From the NCBI GenBank assembly GCA_963845535.1, contig CAWJSK010000001.1, positions 64,001 to 128,000 of the forward strand: a DNA stretch of 64,000 nucleotides, in the 5' to 3' direction. The stretch is from an uncultured Spirochaetota bacterium (GTDB taxonomy: Bacteria > Spirochaetota > Spirochaetia > SZUA-6 > Fen-1364). This document shows, piece by piece, positions 1 to 11,291 of this stretch. Under the pieces are notes generated by a model. It was given only the letters and a program-made list of their open reading frames with translations, made no database searches and was not told where the DNA came from. A program made the position numbers and the translations under genes. Numbering within the stretch: the first letter of the stretch is position 1; every line of letters starts with the position of its first letter.

Positions 1-2
1 AC

Positions 3-497
3 GCAATCAAGAAAGGCGACAGGATCACCGGCGTGCGCATCCTGCGCGTGGGCGACGCCGCGAAGGCGTTCGTCGTGACCCCGGAGAGCTTCAACGCCCT
101 GGTGGCCAAGGCAGAGGAATCCGAGCGCACCGCGGAGCTCGCGCTGATCCAGAAGAAATGGCCCCATCTCACCATGACAAAATCCGGGCTCATGTACGAG
201 GTGCTGGAGAAGGGGTCGGGGGGAAGCCCGCCGGCGGGGTCCACGGTCAGTGTGAAATACACCGGCATGCTTCTGGACGGCAAGGTGTTCGACAGCACGG
301 AGGCCCGCGGCGCACCGGCCGTCCTGCGCGTGGACAGGGTCATCAAGGGATGGACCGAGGCGCTGCTTGCCATGAAGAGGGGAGAGCGACGGATGCTTGT
401 CATCCCCCCGGAGCTGGCGTACGGGGAAAGGGGCTACCCCGGGGTCATCCCGCCGAACTCCTTCCTGGTGTTCGACGTGCAGCTCATAGATTTCTGA
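3..497 (+). CDS. FKBP-type peptidyl-prolyl isomerase, 5'-partial; probably the C-terminal half of a cyclophilin-FKBP fusion
   Basis: FKBP motifs VKYTGMLLDGKVFDS, VIKGWTEAL, IPPELAYG, IPPNSFLVFDVQL. The frame is open to the window edge (AIKKGDRITGVRILRVG resembles a cyclophilin C-terminus). Confidence 0.9.
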   Translation, partial: AIKKGDRITGVRILRVGDAAKAFVVTPESFNALVAKAEESERTAELALIQKKWPHLTMTKSGLMYEVLEKGSGGSPPAGSTVSVKYTGMLLDGKVFDSTEARGAPAVLRVDRVIKGWTEALLAMKRGERRMLVIPPELAYGERGYPGVIPPNSFLVFDVQLIDF

Positions 498-512
498 ACG
501 CAGAAAAAACCG

Positions 513-541
513 TTGACAGAGCGCGCTTTTGCGCGTATACA
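513..541 (+). promoter_or_regulatory. Sigma70-type promoter for the trp leader/trpB2
   Basis: TTGACA (513-518), 17 bp spacer, TATACA (536-541). Confidence 0.7.
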
Positions 542-550
542 GAATCCGCA

Positions 551-628
551 ATGAGCAATGCGCTTTTGTCGACAGTGAACCAGAACTGGTGGTGGTGGAT
601 CACGGGGAGGAAACCGCGGTCCGCCTGA
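551..628 (+). CDS. trpL: Trp leader peptide MSNALLSTVNQNWWWWITGRKPRSA
   Basis: 25-codon ORF with four consecutive TGG codons (587-598) upstream of a tryptophan synthase beta homologue. Confidence 0.88.
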   Translation: MSNALLSTVNQNWWWWITGRKPRSA

Positions 629-743
629 AAGGGCGCCAGCGAAAGCTGAGACCGCAGGCGGTTTCCCTCCCCCTGATCGAGAGAGGGTGGCCGCCCGCGG
701 TTTTTTTGTCGAAAGACCCGGGCACAAGCCGGGTCTTTTTTTT
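604..743 (+). promoter_or_regulatory. Transcription attenuator: antiterminator plus two terminator hairpins
   Basis: 604-617 pairs with 658-672; 651-669 pairs with 683-701 and is followed by a T run to 707; 712-721 pairs with 729-738 with a T run to 743. Confidence 0.8.
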
Positions 744-833
744 AGCGCGGGTACTGTGGGCATTCTGGCGCGGGCCCATCCCGCAAAAAAGCGGCCGTGT
801 GCCGCGGCGAAGTCTTTTCTCAAGGAGTCTTCC

Positions 834-2195
834 ATGACGGACGACAGGATCTTTCAGCTCCCCACCCGGGAGATACCCAAGAAATGGCTCAATATCCAGC
901 CATCCCTGCCCGAGCCTGTTCCCCCCATGCTCAGCCCCGCCGACGGCAAGCCCGTTCCCCTGGAAGCGTTCACTCCCCTTTTCCCCATGGGACTGCTCGA
1001 GCAGGAAGTGTCACAGCAGCGGGAGATCAGCATCCCTGACGAAGTGCTCAGGGTGTACTCCCTGTTTCGACCAACCCCCCTCATCAGGGCCAAGTTCCTG
1101 GAGGAAGCTCTGGGCACCCCGGCCACGATCTTTTTCAAGAACGAAAGCGTGACGCCCACCGGCAGCCACAAGCCGAACACCGCCATTCCGCAGGCCTACT
1201 ACAACCAGAAAGAAGGCGTGAAGAAGCTCGTCACGGAAACCGGGGCCGGCCAATGGGGCAGCGCGCTTGCATTCGCGGGGGCGCATTTCAACCTCGAGAT
1301 CAACGTGTTCATGGTCCGCGCTTCTTTCGAGCAGAAGCCGTACCGCAAGATCATGATGGAAAGCTACGGAGCGAAGGTGCACCCCAGCCCGTCCAAGGAA
1401 ACTCAGATCGGGCGGAAGATGCAGGAGGACAAGAAGAACATGCCGGGATCCCTCGGCATCGCCATCAGCGAGGCGGTGGAAGTGGCGGCAACCTCCAAGG
1501 GCACGGTCAAATACTCACTGGGCTCCGTGCTCAACCATGTGCTCATGCACCAGACCGTGATCGGCCTCGAAGCCCGGGCTGTCCTGGAAGACCTCGGGCT
1601 CATGCCGGACATCATCATCGGCTGCCACGGCGGGGGAAGCAATTTCGGAGGCATCTGCCTTCCGTTCATGGAAGACAAGATGAGCGGGAAAAGGAACATC
1701 GAGTTCGTCGCTTCCGAGCCGCTCGCCTGTCCGTCTCTCAGCAGGGGTGTCTACGCCTACGATTTCGGAGACGCGGGAAAGCTGATCCCGCTCGCCAAGA
1801 TGTATACGCTGGGCCACGGGTTCATCCCGCCGGCTGTGCACGCGGGGGGCCTGCGCTATCACGGCGCTGCGCCCATCATATCGCTTCTCGTGGACAAGGG
1901 GCTCATCCGCGCCGAGGCGCTGCGACAGAAAGAGACGTTCGAGGCGGCGGTGCTCTTTGCCCGCACCGAGGGGATCATCCCCGCCCCCGAGTCCGCGCAC
2001 GCCATTGCGTCGGCCATCAGGGCCGCCAAGAAGTGCAAGGAGACCGGGGAGAAGAAAGTGATCCTCTTCAACCTTTCCGGGCATGGCCACTTCGACATGG
2101 GCGCCTACGAGCAGTACTTTGCCGGGAAGCTCGAAGATTACGAGTACCCCGAAGAGGAAATTCGCAAAGCGGAGCTGGAACTGCCGAAAGTCTAG
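834..2195 (+). CDS. trpB2: Tryptophan synthase beta chain-like PLP enzyme (TrpB2)
   Basis: PLP lysine motif TGSHKPN, ETGAGQWG, GSLGIAISEA, HAGGLRYHG, NLSGHG; SD AAGGAG; no adjacent trpA. Confidence 0.93.
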   Translation: MTDDRIFQLPTREIPKKWLNIQPSLPEPVPPMLSPADGKPVPLEAFTPLFPMGLLEQEVSQQREISIPDEVLRVYSLFRPTPLIRAKFLEEALGTPATIFFKNESVTPTGSHKPNTAIPQAYYNQKEGVKKLVTETGAGQWGSALAFAGAHFNLEINVFMVRASFEQKPYRKIMMESYGAKVHPSPSKETQIGRKMQEDKKNMPGSLGIAISEAVEVAATSKGTVKYSLGSVLNHVLMHQTVIGLEARAVLEDLGLMPDIIIGCHGGGSNFGGICLPFMEDKMSGKRNIEFVASEPLACPSLSRGVYAYDFGDAGKLIPLAKMYTLGHGFIPPAVHAGGLRYHGAAPIISLLVDKGLIRAEALRQKETFEAAVLFARTEGIIPAPESAHAIASAIRAAKKCKETGEKKVILFNLSGHGHFDMGAYEQYFAGKLEDYEYPEEEIRKAELELPKV

Positions 2196-2263
2196 CCCGG
2201 CCGTAGCACAGCGCAGCCGTGCGAAGGCCGCGCAAAGGGTTCCCGGGCAACAGCCCTGGAACC

Positions 2264-3070
2264 CTATAAGGCCCCGAACTTCTCTCTGGCCAGCTCGAAC
2301 CAGCGGTAGACTTTCTCGAACACGTCCAGGTAGTCCTGGTACTGGAGCTTCACCCGGATATAGTCGATCAGCTCCTGTGATCCCATCTTCCCGCCCTCCG
2401 TAAGGAGGGGGTTCTCCTGATGAACGCGCGCGCTGAAACGGCGGTACTCTTCGATGACCGCTTTGTCCACGGCATTTTCCGCGAGCGTCTGCAGGAAGAG
2501 CGACTCCAGGTCGATGAGCCACCCGTACACGATGGCAAGGCCGTGAATGACGCGGTACTCCTTGTCCGTGAAAATGATGAAGGGAAGCTCATTGTCGACG
2601 ATCCGCAGTTCGCGGAAGTCGAACAGCCCGTCGGGAAAAACGCCGGCCTCGAGGTTCGAAGCCTCGTCTGGCCGCGAGCCTTCGGGGGGCTCCACCTGGG
2701 CGGCAATCTCGGCCGCTTTCGCCTTCACGAACCGGTACAGCTCCTTCTGTTCCTCGTTGCTCGTCGGCGGATCCGGGAAGCGCTCGAACAGCCCGCCGCT
2801 GGAATCCTCGGAAAAGGCCTTGAGGACGCCGGAAACCGTCAGGTACGCCTTGGCGGCGTGAACCTCGAACCGCCGACCGCGGCAATGCTCGTTCACGAGA
2901 GGGAGAGCGATCTTGTAGAGGTTCTTGATGAGGCTCGTCTTCTCCATCTGGTCCTCTGATTCCCGAAAGCCACTCCAGATCTCCAGGGGCTTCACCCCGT
3001 CCACTGTCTGGAGGTCGAAAAACAGGTCCCGGATGAACTGGTCGATGCGTTCTCCGGTTTCTTTATGCAT
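2264..3070 (-). CDS. Hypothetical protein, last gene of the zwf-opcA-pgl operon
   Basis: 268-aa ORF with normal composition, overlapping the pgl stop. Confidence 0.7.
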   Translation of the reverse strand: MHKETGERIDQFIRDLFFDLQTVDGVKPLEIWSGFRESEDQMEKTSLIKNLYKIALPLVNEHCRGRRFEVHAAKAYLTVSGVLKAFSEDSSGGLFERFPDPPTSNEEQKELYRFVKAKAAEIAAQVEPPEGSRPDEASNLEAGVFPDGLFDFRELRIVDNELPFIIFTDKEYRVIHGLAIVYGWLIDLESLFLQTLAENAVDKAVIEEYRRFSARVHQENPLLTEGGKMGSQELIDYIRVKLQYQDYLDVFEKVYRWFELAREKFGAL

Positions 3071-3833
3071 GTCTCACGTCCCTTCCAAAGTCCGCGTTTT
3101 CGGGCCCCAGGGCGTCGCGGGTCGCCATGAAAACTGTCCTGGTTCCCCTGATCCAAGCCGCGGGAGTGGCCGTATCCCCCCCGCGCGCCCTTTTCAGCGC
3201 CCGGGTTTTTTCCGTCCCCGCCACGAGGAACACCACCGTCCGCGCGGCGCTCAAGACGCCAGGGCACAGCGTAAGCCGCCAGCCCTTTGCGGTGGGCGAG
3301 TTGACGGCAGCGGCAAAACCGGGAACTTCCGGCCCTACTGCAACACTTTTCCCCGAGGAAAAGTGCACTGTGCCGTCGGGGAAAAGGGAGGCAGTGTGGC
3401 CGTCTGATCCCATTCCCAGGAAGGCGAGGTCCGCGTTTTGCCCAAGCATTGCCTCCCCGGCTTTTTGTCCGTAACGCTCGGCGCAATCCACCGGATCCCC
3501 ACGGCCAGCTTCCCAGGAGAGCACCGTGAAATTTGGAGCCCCAATGGGCCCAAGCAGGCTCCCGCGCGCCATGCCTTCATTGGATTGGGGGTCGTCCACC
3601 GGCACCCACCTCTCATCACCAAAGAGCCATAGCAATCTCCCCGTAGGGATTCTCTTCTCAACAATACCACGCGCAACGAGCCGGTACGTAGCCCTAGGAG
3701 TGTTGCCTCCGGCCAGTGCGACAATGGCGCGACCCCGTTCCCGAAGCGCTTCTTCGATTATGCCCAGGGCCATGGCGCTCGCAGCCTCCGCAAGGGCGTC
3801 CTCATCAGGATAGGCGAATGTGTCAGTGGTCAC
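3063..3833 (-). CDS. pgl: 6-phosphogluconolactonase
   Basis: ALAGGNTP, FGDERWVP, SN, LGMGSDGHTASLFP, RLTL. Confidence 0.92.
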   Translation of the reverse strand: MTTDTFAYPDEDALAEAASAMALGIIEEALRERGRAIVALAGGNTPRATYRLVARGIVEKRIPTGRLLWLFGDERWVPVDDPQSNEGMARGSLLGPIGAPNFTVLSWEAGRGDPVDCAERYGQKAGEAMLGQNADLAFLGMGSDGHTASLFPDGTVHFSSGKSVAVGPEVPGFAAAVNSPTAKGWRLTLCPGVLSAARTVVFLVAGTEKTRALKRARGGDTATPAAWIRGTRTVFMATRDALGPENADFGRDVRHA

Positions 3834-3837
3834 GGTT

Positions 3838-4893
3838 TCAGCCCCGACCCGCGCGCTCCAGCACTTCCTGGTAGACGGGATCACGGGTCATGGAATCCAC
3901 TTCTTCGAGGAGTATCTCTCCGTCCATGGGGAACTTGTAGGCGCCGCGCTCGGACCCGTTGGATACGCAGCCGCCGTGAGTGCAGCCGATCTCGATCTGC
4001 TCCTGTCCTCCGAAGGAGAACCGAAGCCGAAAGCCCTCGGAGAGCTGGAACCCGGGCGTTGCGTGAACGAGGCGGACCTCATTGCCGCCGCGGTCCTTGC
4101 ACGGGCTGAAGCTCTTGGCCGGTTCCGCCGGCAACCATCCCATCCGTGTCGACAGCCAGGAGAAGAAGAGCAGACCGTCCGCGGCGGACCCGCCGTCCAG
4201 GGTGACGGAGCGGATCTGGGAAAGCCTGGGGCGGGTATCCGGCTGATCGAACGCGCGCGCGGTGAGCTCGCGCAGCACACGGCTTCTTCGCCACGCGAAG
4301 TCGGAGATGAAAAACGAGCCGCCCGCTTTGTCCCGCAGGGACAGCAGGCTGCGCAGGGCGGTGAAAGCGGCTCCGTGGTCATCGCCGCGGGGCGCGTTCG
4401 GTCCGCCGCGAATACTTCCCGAATCCACGATCAGCTTGTCGATGAGGCTCGCGGCCTGGAGGATGGGGGCCTGCCATGAGTCTTCGGACCCGTCCAGGCT
4501 GTCCGGCCACCATGCGAAGACGGGCAGATCGCGGATGAGAAGGGGCGCCCAGGCGCCGGGGTCCTCTCCCCGTCCGTCCACCCCGCTTTCGATGCGCACC
4601 TCCTCGAAGCACACGCCGCGGTTTCTCCGGTCCGGGAAGCAGCGTCCGCTCACGATCACGTCCGTCTCCGCGGCGTCCACGTGGTCGATGGTGATGATGC
4701 GCGCCGGCCTGCGCCCCAGCATGTACTGAAGCGATGGGGCAAGGGGATCATCCTTCTCCCGCCCCCTCCGCTCGCGGAAGATGACGAGCGTGAAAAGGTT
4801 GGTCTTGACGCCGGAGGAATACGGGTTCGACTCACGCTCGCGGATGCGGGCAATCTCGCGCTCGATGGAACGCGGGTCGAGGACGGTGCTCAC
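3838..4893 (-). CDS. opcA: Glucose-6-phosphate dehydrogenase assembly protein OpcA
   Basis: PLLIRDLPVFAWWP, LIVDS, DFAWRR; GTGA overlap with the zwf stop. Confidence 0.85.
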   Translation of the reverse strand: MSTVLDPRSIEREIARIRERESNPYSSGVKTNLFTLVIFRERRGREKDDPLAPSLQYMLGRRPARIITIDHVDAAETDVIVSGRCFPDRRNRGVCFEEVRIESGVDGRGEDPGAWAPLLIRDLPVFAWWPDSLDGSEDSWQAPILQAASLIDKLIVDSGSIRGGPNAPRGDDHGAAFTALRSLLSLRDKAGGSFFISDFAWRRSRVLRELTARAFDQPDTRPRLSQIRSVTLDGGSAADGLLFFSWLSTRMGWLPAEPAKSFSPCKDRGGNEVRLVHATPGFQLSEGFRLRFSFGGQEQIEIGCTHGGCVSNGSERGAYKFPMDGEILLEEVDSMTRDPVYQEVLERAGRG

Positions 4894-6470
4894 AGGCGCC
4901 TCCACTTTCTCTCCGGAGTTCCCAGGAGGCTCGTGGCAGCCTCCGGTCCTGAGCTGCCCGCCCGGTAGAGGGCGAGCCCGGGAGTGCCGGCGTTTCCCCA
5001 CCCCCCCAAGATCTCCGTGATGAAAGCCCAGGCGGAGTCGACCTCGTCTTTCCTCATGTACAGCGTGGAATCCCCTACCATGGCATCAAGGAGAAGCCGC
5101 TCGTACGCGTCGGGAAGCTCTTCCCCGAACGCCGAACCGTACGAGAAGTCCATATTCACCGTGCGCATGTCGGTCGACGGGCCGGGGATCTTCGAGTTGA
5201 AGCCCATCATGATGCCTTCCTGCGGCTGGATTCGGAACGTAAGCACGTTCGGGGGCGTTCCCGCGGGGTGGCGTTCCGCAAAGAGCAGGAGCGGAGGTCT
5301 CTTGAAATGGATGGAAATCTCCGTGGTCCGCCGGGAGAGCCGCTTGCCGGTGCGCAGCAGGAACGGCACCCCCGCCCAGCGCCAGGAATCCAGGCGGACG
5401 CGTAGTGCGGCGAAAGTCTCCGTGACCGAGCCGGGGCTCACGTCCTGCTCCTGGCGGTAGCCGGGGACGTCTGTTCCGTCCACGATGCCGTGGTCGTACT
5501 GTCCTCTGACTGTCTCCGTGGCAACGCTGTCCTCACCGACGGGGACGATGGATCTCAAGACCTTCACCTTCTCGTCATGGATGCTGTCAGGGTTCAGGTC
5601 CACGGGCGGCTCCATGGCGACGAGGCACAGGAGCGTAAGCATGTGGTTCTGCATCATGTCACGCAGCGCTCCGGCCTGCTCGTAATAACGCCCGCGCGAG
5701 CCGATGCCGATGGTCTCCGCCATTGTGATCTGCACGTGATCGATGTAGCTGTTGTTCCACACCGGCTCGAAGATGCCGTTGCCGAAACGCATTACCATGA
5801 TGTTCTGGACGGTTTCTTTGCCCAGGTAATGGTCAATGCGATACGTCTGCCGTTCCGCAAAGGCGGCGGCGATGTGGTCGTTCAGGGCGCGCGCGCTTGC
5901 CAGGTCCCGACCGAGCGGCTTTTCCACTATTATACGCGCAAACCCCCGGGACTGGTCGGCAAGCCCAGCCTCATGAAGGCGCCTGATGATGACCTCATAA
6001 GAGTCCGGAGGCGTGGCAAGGTAGAAAATCCTGTTCGGCGGGTCCGCATACTCGTCCCGGATTGCCTGGTAGCCTTCCGCGGACTCGAAGGACGAGCGGA
6101 TGAACCCCACGTTCTCCACGAAGGCGTCCTTCAGCTCGGAAGCGGCCTCCGGAACGTCGTCCGAGTCCAGCATTTCCCTCACGAGCTTCCGGAAAGTCTC
6201 CGTTGTCCATTCGCGACGCGCGAATCCGACGATGTGCACTCGCGGGATTCCCCCTTTTGCGTAGAGGGAGAACAAAGCCGGGATGAGCTTCCTCCCGGTA
6301 AGGTCACCGCTTGCTCCGAAAATGAAAAGCGTGAGCGGCTGCGGCTCGCGGGACAGGCCAAGGCCGACAAGGAGGGGGTTTTCGGCGCTCGTGACGGGAA
6401 CCGCGGCGCTTGCGGACCCATCCGCGTGTTTTTGAGCCTGCGTGAGGCGTGCGGCAACATTCTCTAGCAT
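4890..6470 (-). CDS. zwf: Glucose-6-phosphate 1-dehydrogenase (start approximate)
   Basis: GASGDL, RIDHYLGKE, RDMMQNH, RWAGVPF. Confidence 0.95.
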   Translation of the reverse strand: MLENVAARLTQAQKHADGSASAAVPVTSAENPLLVGLGLSREPQPLTLFIFGASGDLTGRKLIPALFSLYAKGGIPRVHIVGFARREWTTETFRKLVREMLDSDDVPEAASELKDAFVENVGFIRSSFESAEGYQAIRDEYADPPNRIFYLATPPDSYEVIIRRLHEAGLADQSRGFARIIVEKPLGRDLASARALNDHIAAAFAERQTYRIDHYLGKETVQNIMVMRFGNGIFEPVWNNSYIDHVQITMAETIGIGSRGRYYEQAGALRDMMQNHMLTLLCLVAMEPPVDLNPDSIHDEKVKVLRSIVPVGEDSVATETVRGQYDHGIVDGTDVPGYRQEQDVSPGSVTETFAALRVRLDSWRWAGVPFLLRTGKRLSRRTTEISIHFKRPPLLLFAERHPAGTPPNVLTFRIQPQEGIMMGFNSKIPGPSTDMRTVNMDFSYGSAFGEELPDAYERLLLDAMVGDSTLYMRKDEVDSAWAFITEILGGWGNAGTPGLALYRAGSSGPEAATSLLGTPERKWRRL

Positions 6471-6497
6471 CGCAAAAAATGGTACATAATCTCCACC

Positions 6498-7130
6498 ATG
6501 GAGACAAGCCTGAAGGTGTCCAACCCGTGGGCCGGGTCCCCCGTTTTTGTACGGGAACACACGCGGTCCACAATGGATGACGCCCGAGAGCTTGCCCTGC
6601 GCGGGTGCGCCGAGGGCACGGTTGTCGTGGCGGGTTTCCAGCAGAAGGGAAGAGGCAGGGCGCCCGGCAGGACGTGGCATTCGAACCCATGGGAAAGCCT
6701 CATGGCCACGATCGTGCTCAACCAAAGCTCGTTCGACTTCCCCGTGACCGAGCTGCCTCTGCGCGCTGCCGTGGCGGCCTGTCTGGCGGCGGAGGAGTTC
6801 GGCGTCAAGCCTGTCATCAAGCTGCCCAACGATCTGTTGGTGGAGGGACGGAAGCTCTCCGGTATCCTCTGCGAGACATGCAACCAGTCCGTGCTCGTCG
6901 GGATTGGCGTGAATTGCCTGCAGACCGCCTTCCCGGGGGCGCTCGCGGACACGGCCTGCTCCATCCTCCAGGTCACCGGTCGCGACGTGAACCCTTTCCA
7001 TCTGCTGCCGCGAGTCCTTGTGCGGCTCAAGGAGACCGTCACGGACCCGTCCTGGCGGGAAAAGCTCCCGGCGCGCCTTCTTACGACAGGGAGAGGATTG
7101 GCCAGCCCTTCCGACGCGCCACCTTCCTGA
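6498..7130 (+). CDS. birA: Biotin-protein ligase, catalytic domain only (no HTH)
   Basis: STMDDA, QQKGRGR, KLPNDL, KLSGILCE, GIGVN. Confidence 0.88.
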   Translation: METSLKVSNPWAGSPVFVREHTRSTMDDARELALRGCAEGTVVVAGFQQKGRGRAPGRTWHSNPWESLMATIVLNQSSFDFPVTELPLRAAVAACLAAEEFGVKPVIKLPNDLLVEGRKLSGILCETCNQSVLVGIGVNCLQTAFPGALADTACSILQVTGRDVNPFHLLPRVLVRLKETVTDPSWREKLPARLLTTGRGLASPSDAPPS

Positions 7131-7737
7131 GGCGAAGATCCGGATTCACCACCACGGGATGCCCCACCGCCTCCAGGAGAGGCACATCGAAAATGCTGTC
7201 CGTGTAGAACGAGCACTCCCGCGGGTCTTCCCCCTGCGCGGCCACGAACTCCAGGACGCGCCTCTTTTTCTCCCGGCGGAACAAGGGGACACCGTCCACG
7301 CGGCCGGTGCAGGTGTCCCCCTCGAACTCCAGGCTCGTGGCAATCACGGTCTCGATCCCCAGGAAGCTCGCCAGCGGCATGATGATGAGGTCAAGCGACG
7401 AGGAGGCGAGGGCAACGGCGCGCCCGTTCTTCTTCCTCTCCGTGATGAGCGCGGCGGCGTCCCGGTAGATGTCCTTTCTCAAAAGCTTTTCGAAGCTCTC
7501 ATCCGCGATCTGGTTCATGGTGGCTCGCGTGATGCCGCGCAGGTACGGGAACCCGGCCTTGTAATCCTTGAGCCGCAGCATTCCCAATCGATAGGTGATG
7601 GAATACCAGGGCATTGCGAGAATGACCCGCCAGGGGACCACTCCCTTGCGGACGGCCACGGAAACGAAGCGCGCCCCCGAGGACCTGCGCGTGATGGTAT
7701 GGTCGACATCGAAAAAATCAATGCCGGCCATGCTCAC
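7081..7737 (-). CDS. HAD-IB family hydrolase (SerB/PGP phosphatase-like)
   Basis: FFDVDHT, YTDSIFDVPLLEAVGHPVVVNPD. Confidence 0.88.
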   Translation of the reverse strand: MSMAGIDFFDVDHTITRRSSGARFVSVAVRKGVVPWRVILAMPWYSITYRLGMLRLKDYKAGFPYLRGITRATMNQIADESFEKLLRKDIYRDAAALITERKKNGRAVALASSSLDLIIMPLASFLGIETVIATSLEFEGDTCTGRVDGVPLFRREKKRRVLEFVAAQGEDPRECSFYTDSIFDVPLLEAVGHPVVVNPDLRLRKVARRKGWPILSLS

Positions 7738-9330
7738 TCCTCGATGCCTATCAGCAGGGAGAACCTTTCGCGTCGTTCACTGAGGAGGCCGGCGGGAAGC
7801 GGAGACCACCCTCCGAACGGATTTGCTTCCAGGAAGCGCTTGCGCCCCTCATGCGTCACGCGGAAGGAGGCAAGGTTCCAGGCATGGCTTCCCGCCGGCC
7901 CGGGACGAAGGAGCAGCGTGCCGCCCCCCCCGAGCGTTATGCGATGGAGGGAACCGGGCATCACGACCCAGGAGCCGCTGCCCGCTCGCATTGATGAAAT
8001 GCCGCCGTCAGGGGCTTCCGTCTGGATCACCGCCTCCTCCGCCCGCCCCAGCTCCGCAAGGGTGATCACCAACGGGGCATGCTCGTCGATGATTGCTCCC
8101 GGGGCGAACGCCGGCCAGCGGACATCCACTGTGATCTCCAGCAGCGGGCTGCTTTCGCAGAACGCATATTCGATGCTGAGCGACGCATTTTCCTGCGAAT
8201 CGATGCCAAGCACCTCCCGCAGGCCCGTTCCCTCGTCTCCCTCGAAAGAGAACGAGTTTCTTGTGCGGAAAGTCCAGCGCTTTCCGCCGACGCGCAGATA
8301 CGACCGGGCGGGGCGGAGGGGAAGGACGTCCCGCCCGTTCCGTGTGATGCCGGTGAACCTCCCGCCGGCAAGCTTCACGTCGAAGCCGTTTCCGGCGAGC
8401 GACACCTCACCGAGCATCTGCGCAACGAGGTGAGATCCGCCGGGCAAAGCGCCCGCGGGCGCCTCCTCTTTCCCGCCGACCACCGTGGCGGGAGAGGCGC
8501 TGGCGGCTCCCAGGGAAAGGCTGGAGAGCAGCTCACGGCATTCGTCGTTCTTTCTCCTCTTTTTTCTGACCCCTGCGGTTACGGAGGACAGCGCCTGGCG
8601 GAGCAACGGGGCGGGGAACGGGGACCAATCAAGCCCGGCGGCCGCCAGTTCCCGAAGTCTCCGGGATGAGGAATGCGCCGCGGTGAGAGGGGAGGGCGCC
8701 CCGGGCGGGGCGAGCCAGGGAGTCATGAGCTCCAGCGCTTCCTCGAGGACCTCCACCATGGCCGGTCCCGACAGGTCGAGCATGAGGAGAACGTCACCCT
8801 CCCGGGGCCGCCGAATCCCACGGAGCCCGGCCACGGGGATGCGGGTGCAGGTGAAGCATTCCAGGCCGTCATCAGCGAACCAGCTTGTTCCGCGGCCGCC
8901 GGTGATCCCCAGCGTCTTGAAACCGTGACGCCGATACGCCGCCCGAGCTTCCGGGCGCAGCACGTCCGCGACCCTGGGCATCAGGACGTCAGGACGGATC
9001 TCGAGAACCTGGGAAACGCCCGTCCCCCACGGATTTTCCATACCCCAGGAGAATCTCCTTTTCAAGCTCTTCGAGCGTGAGGACCGGATGGCAGGCGCCC
9101 GCGTATCCCATGGGAGCTATCAGGTCCAGGTCACGTCGGCCGTTCAGCGTCTTGTGCAGCCACATCTTGGTTTTTTGAAGGCTTTCCGCGGGGATTGCCG
9201 GGAAGTTCCAAACGAGCGGGCGTTCGCCGGCCTTTTCCCTGATAAGGTCGCAGAGCGTCGGCAGGTTGTCCCATGAGCCGCGGTCCCACTGGACACCCAG
9301 GAAGACCTGTCGCCCACCCCGTTTCGCCAT
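7734..9330 (-). CDS. Hypothetical protein (N-terminus weakly GH57/deacetylase-barrel-like), split by a frameshift near 9051
   Basis: ORFs 8989-9330 and 7734-9065 join as ...ELEKEI/SWGMENPWG...; coupled to the HAD gene. Confidence 0.6.
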
Positions 9331-9413
9331 TCCCTCCTTTTTATCAGAAGGGAAGCCAAAGTCAAGGCGGAAGGCTCCCGGTGGCGCCGGGGCAAATTTT
9401 CTGAAAAAAGCCC

Positions 9414-9442
9414 TTGATGATCTTCGCGCGTTTTTGTATCTT
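9414..9442 (+). promoter_or_regulatory. Putative sigma70 promoter of groEL
   Basis: TTGATG, 17 bp, TATCTT. Confidence 0.45.
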
Positions 9443-9482
9443 AGCCAAAAGCGCAGACACGCTCAAAACAATTCGCGCGTGA

Positions 9483-11168
<1,686 letters not shown>

Positions 11169-11217
11169 ACGCCCACGGCGGAGCTCAGCCCGCTCGTGTG
11201 ATCAAGGCGAAGCCGTA

Positions 11218-11252
11218 GAGACAGGCCGCTCCGAAAGGAGCGGCCGTCTTTT
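11218..11252 (+). terminator. Intrinsic terminator after groEL
   Basis: GGCCGCTCC-GAAA-GGAGCGGCC followed by GTCTTTT. Confidence 0.85.
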
Positions 11253-11291
11253 GTGCTTGAACAAGGCCGGCGCTTCTGTCAGGATTGATGC

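Noticed and set aside
6471..7001. 177-aa N-terminal extension of Zwf
   Set aside because: It overlaps birA on the opposite strand; Zwf similarity begins downstream of 6470
9441..9467. CIRCE element before groEL
   Set aside because: Only TTAGC matches; there is no TTAGCACTC-N9-GAGTGCTAA
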